NCBI GenBank assembly: GCA_963712115.1
Contig: CAVQGX010000031.1
Location: 192,001 to 256,000, forward strand
Length of the DNA stretch: 64,000 bases
Source: an uncultured delta proteobacterium
GTDB lineage: Bacteria; Desulfobacterota; Syntrophobacteria; BM002
Direction: 5' to 3'
In this document: positions 57,115-64,000 of the stretch, one piece after another
Layout: the number at the start of each line of letters is the position of its first letter
Numbering within the stretch: position 1 is the first letter of the stretch
The notes under the pieces: model-generated
Database searches by the model: none
Told to the model about the DNA's origin: nothing
Seen by the model: the letters and a program-made list of their open reading frames with translations, nothing else
Made by a program: the position numbers and the translations under genes

Positions 57115-59559
57115 GTGGGACTTGTTCACCGTCCTCTTTTTCACCTTTTATTCAGTTTCACCAGTGGCATTGTTATAGGCCGGCACCTCTCTCCGGAGCC
57201 TGTAATCTTCTTTATATTGGCATTCTCTTTCTGTGCACTGCTTTTCTTCTTTCTGGTGCAAGGACGGAAAACATGGTTCCTGCCATTGGTTGTTTTTCTC
57301 CTCATTGGAATATTATCCTCTACTAAAATCCCTGATCCCGACCGGCCCCCCGGCACCATTCAAGAGCTCTTGCATAGAAAAAACGTAATCCTCACAGGCA
57401 CAGTTACCCATTCGCTCGAACAAGGTCCAATTAGCAGCAGGATGCTCTTGAACTTGGCGTCCTTCAAAGAAGGCGACCGCTGGCGGGCCGTCTCAGGCAA
57501 CCTGCTCCTTAACATCCGAAATTGTCAGAAACAATGGCCAGTGGGACAACGGCTGGCCGGTCGAGTTCGGATCAGACCGGTACGGAATTTCAACAACCCG
57601 GGGGCATTCAATTACAGACAGCATCTTGCCGATCGAGCAATCTGGCTCAGGGGTTATGTGCGCAGTGATATGGATCTGGTGCCCCTGGACAAACCTGAGC
57701 GAAATTGTAACTATTTCCTCGATTTCACTCGCACCAGAATCCGGGCTTTCATAGACGCTTGGCTCCCCCCTGATCTTGCCGGTCTCTATCGATCTCTCTT
57801 GCTGGGGGAACGCTATGCTCTGAGTGCTGATCTCCGAGAACTGCTCTATAATGCAGGAATTGGACACCTGCTTGCCATTTCCGGCCTCCATCTTGGGCTG
57901 GTGGCGGGCTTCGCTTTTTTGGTATGCTACTTTGTTGTGGTACGCATTCCCACTGTGGCTGGCAGGTGGGGGGCACGACCTGTGGCTGCTCTCGCCGCAT
58001 TTCCCGTCGCCCTCGGTTACGGCCTGCTCACCGGAATGGCATTACCTGCTTTGCGCGCCACCCTCATGCTCGCCGTTTTTACCTTGGCCTTGGTAGTCCA
58101 GCGGGAAAAGGATCTGGTCAACTCTCTCTTGCTTGCTGCCTTCCTTATCTTGAGTATTTATCCAGAAGCTCTTTTTTCTGCATCTTTTCAGCTCTCCTTT
58201 ATTGGTGTAGCCTCCCTAATCTGCATATTATCAGTTCTGCCGGTACCTCGCCTGCTTCTCCCCCAGGATCATAAAAGGGGAAAATTACCTCGGCTAGGAC
58301 GTCGCTCCTACCAATTTATCTGCGGTTCCTTGATCATATCTCTCTATACCGCTCCCGTGGTCCTCTATCACTTTCACCGATTCACTACCCTGGGTATCCC
58401 CGCTAATCTTATAGCAGTTCCGGTTGTTGGTTTCCTTGTTTTACCCGCTGGCTTATTAGCTGTCTCTTTGCTACCTGTGTCCATCTCACTGGCTGGCTTC
58501 CTTCTCACTCTAGGCAGTTTGGGTCTCAATCTGACTGTCGCTCTTTCGAGCAAATTAGGCAGTCTCGCCTGGGCCATTTTTTGGCCCGGAAGTCTTAGGG
58601 CCTGGCAGGTTGTTCTTGCTTACGTTCTACTATTGCTCCCATTCGCAAAAACAAGGCGGTGGTGCCGTTTTAGCTTAATGGCGGTTTGTTCCCTGGTCCT
58701 TATCGGTTCTTGGATGATTCCCCACCATTTCCGCTCATCTAAATCTTTGCTCCGGGTTACTTTCTTGGATGTGAGTCAAGGCAACTCAGCGGTGATTGAG
58801 TTACCTGGGGACAACATCATGCTGGTTGATGGTGGTGGGTTTCAGGGCAATTCCTTTGATGTGGGAAGATATGTGCTGGCGCCCTACCTTTGGCACCGTA
58901 GGATTACTCGACTGGACACCATGGTGCTGAGCCACCCTCATCCCGACCACTACCAGGGCTTGCGTTTTGTGGCCGCCCATTTTCCTGTCAGGCAATTTTG
59001 GTACAGCAATGTGTCCAGGCGGGATCCCAACATCCGCAGCCTGTTGACAACACTGGCTGACAAAAAAGTGGTCTTTGTGAGCCCAGGAGAACTCGCAACA
59101 AGCCAGAACATAAATGGGGTGAATGTTCAGGTACTCCATCCGCCGCCTGATTTCACTGGCAGCGCAAGAACTCCAACTGACAGGGAACTCAACAACCTGT
59201 CTCTCGTGGTTCGCCTTAGATACAAAGACGTCTCTTTCCTTTTCCCTGGTGACATTGAGAAAGAAACTGAAGATGAACTGGCAAGATTGCAGCACCTTGA
59301 GCCTGTTGATGTCCTGCTGGTTCCGCACCACGGCAGCCGCACCTCAAGCTCAATTCCTTTCTTGCAACGGCTCAAACCCCAAATCGCAATTTTTTCCGTT
59401 GGCTTTGATAACCATTTTCATTTGCCCGCTTACAAAATTCGTCAGCGCTATGATGCTTTGGGTATTCGGACGTACAGGACTGATCGGGACGGTGCTATCA
59501 CCGTCATCACTGATGGTCACAACATCGAGGTCGAGACCTTTCTCTCAGTGGCCAAGTGA
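57115..59559 (+). CDS. comEC: DNA uptake channel ComEC/Rec2
   Basis: NPGAFNY, HLLAISGLHLG, SFQLSF; MBL domain LDVSQG, SHPHPDH, PHHGSRTS, RTDRDGA. Confidence 0.93.
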   Translation: MGLVHRPLFHLLFSFTSGIVIGRHLSPEPVIFFILAFSFCALLFFFLVQGRKTWFLPLVVFLLIGILSSTKIPDPDRPPGTIQELLHRKNVILTGTVTHSLEQGPISSRMLLNLASFKEGDRWRAVSGNLLLNIRNCQKQWPVGQRLAGRVRIRPVRNFNNPGAFNYRQHLADRAIWLRGYVRSDMDLVPLDKPERNCNYFLDFTRTRIRAFIDAWLPPDLAGLYRSLLLGERYALSADLRELLYNAGIGHLLAISGLHLGLVAGFAFLVCYFVVVRIPTVAGRWGARPVAALAAFPVALGYGLLTGMALPALRATLMLAVFTLALVVQREKDLVNSLLLAAFLILSIYPEALFSASFQLSFIGVASLICILSVLPVPRLLLPQDHKRGKLPRLGRRSYQFICGSLIISLYTAPVVLYHFHRFTTLGIPANLIAVPVVGFLVLPAGLLAVSLLPVSISLAGFLLTLGSLGLNLTVALSSKLGSLAWAIFWPGSLRAWQVVLAYVLLLLPFAKTRRWCRFSLMAVCSLVLIGSWMIPHHFRSSKSLLRVTFLDVSQGNSAVIELPGDNIMLVDGGGFQGNSFDVGRYVLAPYLWHRRITRLDTMVLSHPHPDHYQGLRFVAAHFPVRQFWYSNVSRRDPNIRSLLTTLADKKVVFVSPGELATSQNINGVNVQVLHPPPDFTGSARTPTDRELNNLSLVVRLRYKDVSFLFPGDIEKETEDELARLQHLEPVDVLLVPHHGSRTSSSIPFLQRLKPQIAIFSVGFDNHFHLPAYKIRQRYDALGIRTYRTDRDGAITVITDGHNIEVETFLSVAK

Positions 59560-59617
59560 CTGTGACTTTGATGCGAGGGGAAAAGGCTGACAGCTTTGAA
59601 AGGCGGGTTAATTTAGG

Positions 59618-60634
59618 CTATGAAGATAGGGGAAAATGACATGCCACTTTGTGGGCCCGGCCCACATCATGGAGGTACGGTTCGCTGGCGGGATCGGTGC
59701 ATACCTCAGGTCTAGCCTGCTCCTGATATACCGGGCAGCGTGGGGCAAAACGGCAGCCGCTGAAAGACCGCTCGAAATCAAACACGCCCCAATCACCAGA
59801 AGATCCTGGTGACGTTAGACCGGAGACTTCGCGGCTCTCTTTGGTAACCAGTGAGGACCAGAGACTGCGGGTATAGGGATGACGAGGGGAGTGGGCTATG
59901 TGGCCGGCCAATCCCAATTCGACGATCCTGCCTAAATACATGACCGCCACCTTGTGGCTTACAAGCTCTACCATGCGCAGGTCGTGGGAGATGAAAAGGT
60001 ACGACAGACCAAGCCTATCCTGCAGGTCCTTTAGTAAATTGACCACTTGCGCCTGAATAGACACGTCCAGGCCGCTGGTGGGCTCATCGGCAACCAGAAA
60101 TCGAGCCCCCACCGCCAGGGCGCGGGCAATCCCCACCCGCCGTTTTTCCCCCCCGGAAAGCTCATGAGGAAAATTGCCCAGTTTGCTCTCCTTAAGGTTG
60201 ACCTGCTCCAACAGTGTTCTTGTCCTGGAGTCGACTTCCGGACCACTCATCTGGTGATGAACCTGGACTGCCTCTTTCAAAATTGCCTGGACTCTCATCT
60301 TGGGATTGAGCCCGGCATCCAGATCCTGAAACACCATCTGCATATCTTTCCTCAGAGGATGGAATTCACCTGCGGAGAGAGAAAGGATCTCTTTACCGTC
60401 AAAGAAGATTTCGCCTGAAGTGGCGGGGGTAAGCCGGAGAATCGTCTTACCCACCGTGGTCTTGCCAGAACCTGACTCGCCCACCAGTCCGAGGGTTTCA
60501 TTTTCCTTGAGGTAGAAGCTCACATCGTCCACCGCAGGAATCGTCCTCTGCCTGCCTCGCCCCAAGGAAAAGGGACCTCTTCCCTGAAGGTAATATTTTT
60601 TCAGATTGACTACTTCGAGAATTGTTTTATTCAT
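59618..60634 (-). CDS. oppF: Oligopeptide/dipeptide ABC ATPase (OppF/DppF-like)
   Basis: GESGSGKTT, ELSGGEKRR, ADEPTSGLDVSIQAQ, Cys-rich tail CRFAPRC...VACH. Confidence 0.85.
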   Translation of the reverse strand: MNKTILEVVNLKKYYLQGRGPFSLGRGRQRTIPAVDDVSFYLKENETLGLVGESGSGKTTVGKTILRLTPATSGEIFFDGKEILSLSAGEFHPLRKDMQMVFQDLDAGLNPKMRVQAILKEAVQVHHQMSGPEVDSRTRTLLEQVNLKESKLGNFPHELSGGEKRRVGIARALAVGARFLVADEPTSGLDVSIQAQVVNLLKDLQDRLGLSYLFISHDLRMVELVSHKVAVMYLGRIVELGLAGHIAHSPRHPYTRSLWSSLVTKESREVSGLTSPGSSGDWGVFDFERSFSGCRFAPRCPVYQEQARPEVCTDPASEPYLHDVGRAHKVACHFPLSS

Positions 60635-61740
60635 ATTCGTTCGTCGAAATAGAGCCAGCATCTTACCCAATGACCGGGAGAGATTTCCTTCAATGCTGGC
60701 TCATGTTCTTTGCAGCTTTCGTTAATTTTTTCGTTCTTCTGATTGCAGCGGGGATAGAACCTGCACCCCCCAGGGATATTCATGGTGTCGATTACGTCGC
60801 CCTCAATAGCCTGCAAAGAGACTTTCTCTTTGATATGTTTTTCCTCAGGGATGCAGGCGAGTAGTGCTGCGGTGTACGGGTGGTTGGAGCCATCTTGGCA
60901 GCGGAGGATCTCTTGGACTGAGCCCGATTCCACCACCCTGCCGCCATACATCACCGCCACCCGGTCAGAGAGCCTGCCGACCACCTCGATATCGTGACTT
61001 ATGAGCATGGTGGTTATGTTCAATACTGCCTTGAGTTCCATCAGCAGTTCCACCACCTTGGCTTGTATGGTGGCGTCAAGCCCCGTTGTCGGCTCGTCGG
61101 CGATCAACAGCGAAGGCTCCGCCGCCAAGGCCATGGCGATCATCACCCGCTGACACATACCGCCCGACAGTCCGTAGGGGTGGTTATGGTATCGCAACCG
61201 GGGGGAATCGATCTTAACCCTCTCGAGCCAGTACAGAGCTCTCTGTTGGGCTTCCCGGCTGTTCTTGGTTTCGGTATTGAGCTGGATGGCTTCGGTTATC
61301 TGTTTTCCCACAGTGACAAATGGATTCAGCGATGACTGCGGATCCTGAAAGATCATGGCGATCTCTTTGCCACGGATGTCTCGCATAAGCCGCTCTGTTT
61401 TTCTTTGCCAGCCGGCGCAGTCCTTTTGTACCGCCATGATCCGGCCATTTTTCCTTTCCCGCTGAACGTACTGATCGAGGTCCTGGAGTAGGTTCTGCTG
61501 AAGCCCGTTGGATCTGTATTCTATCTTCCCGGAAATCACCCCCGGTTCTGCGCCCAGCAGACCCATAACCGATAGAGCGGTGACCGTTTTACCGCTGCCG
61601 CTTTCACCCAACACACCAAGGGTTTCTCCTTGCATTATCTCGAGATCGACACCCTCAGCCGCCCGCACAAAGGCCTGTTTGTTCCGGGCGTAGAAGAAGG
61701 TGTGCAGGTTTTCTATCCTCAATATGACCGTCTGGCTCAT
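60631..61740 (-). CDS. oppD: Oligopeptide/dipeptide ABC ATPase (OppD/DppD-like)
   Basis: GESGSGKT, MIFQDP, LSGGMCQRVMIA, CRFYPRC...VRCW. Confidence 0.85.
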   Translation of the reverse strand: MSQTVILRIENLHTFFYARNKQAFVRAAEGVDLEIMQGETLGVLGESGSGKTVTALSVMGLLGAEPGVISGKIEYRSNGLQQNLLQDLDQYVQRERKNGRIMAVQKDCAGWQRKTERLMRDIRGKEIAMIFQDPQSSLNPFVTVGKQITEAIQLNTETKNSREAQQRALYWLERVKIDSPRLRYHNHPYGLSGGMCQRVMIAMALAAEPSLLIADEPTTGLDATIQAKVVELLMELKAVLNITTMLISHDIEVVGRLSDRVAVMYGGRVVESGSVQEILRCQDGSNHPYTAALLACIPEEKHIKEKVSLQAIEGDVIDTMNIPGGCRFYPRCNQKNEKINESCKEHEPALKEISPGHWVRCWLYFDERI

Positions 61741-62642
61741 GTGCTCCTGTGCCCTTCGAGTATGTTGTTGAGCCCGTCTCCCAGGAGATGAAAGCCCAAG
61801 ATGGTGAACAGGATGGCGAGAGCTGGCGTGGTCGAGAGCCAGAATTTGCCCTGGAGAAGATAATTGGCCCCGGACTGCACCATGTTTCCCCAGGATGGTA
61901 CCGGCTCTTGCACGCCGAAGCCAAGATAGCTCAGACTGGTCTCGACAAGAATGACCTCAGCCATCCCCAGCGTCGCCTGGATGATGAAAAGCGAGCGGCA
62001 GTTGTACCAGAGAATATGCTTGAAAACAATTACCCGATTCTTGAGACCAAGGGCGACGGCGGCCTCGATGAAATTTTTCTGCTTGAGAAAATTGATTTTC
62101 CCCTTGACCTGAGAGAGCACATTGGGGACGTTGGTCAAACCGACGATGATCATAATATAGTAGATATTAGGCTTGAAGGCGGCAATCACCAGGAGAATCA
62201 GAACAAGTCGCGGAAAAGAGTCAATGAGATTGGCAAGGTAGAGGACGGCCGTCTCCATGGCTCCGCCGCGATAGCCGGCCAGCACCCCGAAGAACGTGCC
62301 TAAGCTGATGCTGATAACGATGGCGAGCAAGCCGGGCACGAAGTAAGCCTGAATGCCGACGATGAGCCTGGCGAGGATATCCCGGCCCATGAAATCCGTG
62401 CCGAGAAGGTGGCCCGCAACTCCCGGTGGAGCCATAAGCAGCGACAGATTCATCTCCTGAGGGTCATGAGGGAGAAAGTTGAGGGCGCCCAGGATGTAGG
62501 ACAGCACCACGAGATTTACGATAAAGAGACCGTATCCCACATAGAGGAGATCTATGGCAGCGGCTTGCTTCCACAGGGGCCGGCTTGACAGATCGGTCAC
62601 AGTAAGTGACGCTTGCGAATACCGCTTCATCCCTGTCATCAA
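61737..62642 (-). CDS. oppC: Oligopeptide/dipeptide ABC permease (OppC/DppC-like)
   Basis: HLLGTDFMGRD, FIEAAVALG, ETSLSYLGFG...SWGNM. Confidence 0.85.
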   Translation of the reverse strand: MMTGMKRYSQASLTVTDLSSRPLWKQAAAIDLLYVGYGLFIVNLVVLSYILGALNFLPHDPQEMNLSLLMAPPGVAGHLLGTDFMGRDILARLIVGIQAYFVPGLLAIVISISLGTFFGVLAGYRGGAMETAVLYLANLIDSFPRLVLILLVIAAFKPNIYYIMIIVGLTNVPNVLSQVKGKINFLKQKNFIEAAVALGLKNRVIVFKHILWYNCRSLFIIQATLGMAEVILVETSLSYLGFGVQEPVPSWGNMVQSGANYLLQGKFWLSTTPALAILFTILGFHLLGDGLNNILEGHRST

Positions 62643-63610
62643 CTTCCCTTCTCCTGAGATGCCCTCGGATTAACCATGATGTAAACCACTCTTTGAGTCA
62701 GGGTGCCGAATCGAACGAAGAGTGCTGCAACAACGGCAATCCCCATTATGACCGGATAGTCCCTGTCCAGGGCGGCCTGCCAAGCCATTCTTCCCATCCC
62801 GGGCCAGTTGAACACCTGCTCCACCACCACTGCACCACCTAGAATAAAAGGAATCTTGGAGGCAATGATTTCAGTTATGGGGATGAGGAATCCTTCTTTG
62901 AACGCATGGCGCCAGGGGGAGGCTCCCTTGGCGCGAGCGGTGCGAACGTAGTCTTCTCGCAAAACTCTGCCCATTTCATCCCGGAGGTGACGAACCACCT
63001 CGCTGATGGTGCCATTACCGACTCCCAGCACCAGGATGGGCAGGAGGAAGAAAAGTAGGGTCAACTCCCGCTCGCTGGAATAACCATAAAGGATGGGAAA
63101 CAGCTTGAACTGGTGGATAAAAATGTAGATAAACACATACCCCAACCAGAAAACCGGCAGGGCTGAGACCAGGTAAGCGAACATGGTAAAGGGCCAATTG
63201 AGCGGGGTGTCTCCCCGCTGTGCCGGTGACAGGGCAATGGGCACCGCAATGAGAAGTGTCACCAGCATAGAGCCTACAGTCAGATATAGGGTGTTGATCC
63301 CCACCCGGACAATCTCTTGCAGAACCGGAAGCCCGGTGCGGATCGAGGCACCGAAATTTCCCTGCAGCATGTTTCCCAGCCAGAGAAGATACTGGGAGTA
63401 CCAGTGCTCCGGCACCCCCAGAGCCGTACGAAGCTGCTGCTGCGCCTCAGCCGTGGCTATCTGTCCTTCCAGCAGCAAGCTAAATGGATCTCCGGGTGAG
63501 AAATAGAGGACGAGGAAGACTACGAAGCTCACGCCTAGAAGGAGCAGTGCCGTGAGAGCAAGCTCCCTGAAAAGCTGCTGAGCGACAGGTCTTACGAAGG
63601 ATAGTCTCAT
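62639..63610 (-). CDS. oppB: Oligopeptide/dipeptide ABC permease (OppB/DppB-like)
   Basis: PGDP, DYVRTARAKG, VEQVFNWPGMG, RDYPVI. Confidence 0.87.
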   Translation of the reverse strand: MRLSFVRPVAQQLFRELALTALLLLGVSFVVFLVLYFSPGDPFSLLLEGQIATAEAQQQLRTALGVPEHWYSQYLLWLGNMLQGNFGASIRTGLPVLQEIVRVGINTLYLTVGSMLVTLLIAVPIALSPAQRGDTPLNWPFTMFAYLVSALPVFWLGYVFIYIFIHQFKLFPILYGYSSERELTLLFFLLPILVLGVGNGTISEVVRHLRDEMGRVLREDYVRTARAKGASPWRHAFKEGFLIPITEIIASKIPFILGGAVVVEQVFNWPGMGRMAWQAALDRDYPVIMGIAVVAALFVRFGTLTQRVVYIMVNPRASQEKGS

Positions 63611-63622
63611 GGTTCAGATTAA

Positions 63623-63649
63623 ACAGGGCCCTCCTGAGGAGGGCCCTGT
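63623..63649. other. Strong intercistronic hairpin between the SBP and permease genes
   Basis: ACAGGGCCCTCCT-G-AGGAGGGCCCTGT is a perfect inverted repeat with no T-tail; typical of mRNA-stabilising stems after SBP genes. Confidence 0.65.
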
Positions 63650-63672
63650 GAAAGGACATGCCACAGCAAGGA

Positions 63673-64000
63673 CTAGCGTTGCTCTTGCTCCGGTATGTAC
63701 CACCTGTCGGAAAAAGAGAAAAACTTGTATGGATGGATGGCCACGTGGCGGAGTTTGTGGTGATAGGCGGCATAGTTCGTCAGCGTCCACAGGAAAGTGT
63801 ATGGACATTCTTCCGCCAACAGAGAGTGGAGTTTGCGGTAAATGGTTCTCCGCTTCTCGTGGTCGAGTGTCAGCTTACTCTCTACGATAAGACTGTCTAT
63901 TTCAGGATTTGAATAGCCGCCGAAATTGTTCCGCCAGGGGCCGATCTCGGACGAATGAAACAGGGAGGTGATGTCGGCGGAGTCATCAAACACCCAGGAG
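63673..64000 (-). CDS. 3' end of a family 5 peptide-binding protein (OppA/DppA-like), open to the right edge
   Basis: NFGGYSNPEIDSLI...KRRTIYRKLHSLLAEECPYTFLW; the frame stays open to 64000. Confidence 0.85.
   Translation of the reverse strand, partial: SWVFDDSADITSLFHSSEIGPWRNNFGGYSNPEIDSLIVESKLTLDHEKRRTIYRKLHSLLAEECPYTFLWTLTNYAAYHHKLRHVAIHPYKFFSFSDRWYIPEQEQR

Noticed and set aside
1-64000. rRNA, tRNA, CRISPR arrays, prophage genes, intact transposases or integrases
   Set aside because: None was recognised on either strand by eye; short or atypical RNAs could have been missed.

Overview
Chromosomal window, most likely from an anaerobic Desulfobacterota-like (deltaproteobacterial) bacterium; the taxonomy is inferred from gene content and synteny. 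Left to right: (1) the truncated start of a TIGR00300/LOR-SDH-like gene and a tungstate ABC operon (tupABC) with an excisionase-HTH/PBP regulator; (2) an unusually long malate synthase; (3) an AT-richer four-gene block encoding an RHH-PilZ regulator, a secreted S8 subtilase with two arrays of nine ADGGA repeats, a membrane HAMP-GAF-HD-GYP protein and an orphan family-5 solute-binding protein; (4) YceI, SDR, DMT, aceA, aceK and a CsgG-like lipoprotein; (5) an anaerobic cobalamin cluster (cbiA, C, D, ET, F-G, H; then B12 riboswitch, cbiK, btuCDF-like, cbiL, Gate protein, cbiP) interrupted by a GxxExxY nuclease cassette and AsmA/EEP genes; (6) a LysM-FecR plus CHASE2-Ser/Thr kinase pair and a sigma54-type PilZ gene; (7) housekeeping genes (radA, trxA, bamD, rho, rpmE, prfA, prmC, murA, comEC) and an opp/dpp operon cut by the right edge. 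Intergenic DNA is dense in several families of palindromic, periodic repeats. No rRNA, tRNA, CRISPR array or intact transposase was seen. The best candidate for an undescribed system is 7637-13711, hypothesised to be a self-encoded peptide signal linked to a c-di-GMP feedback loop. All calls come from reading motifs by eye; no searches were run.
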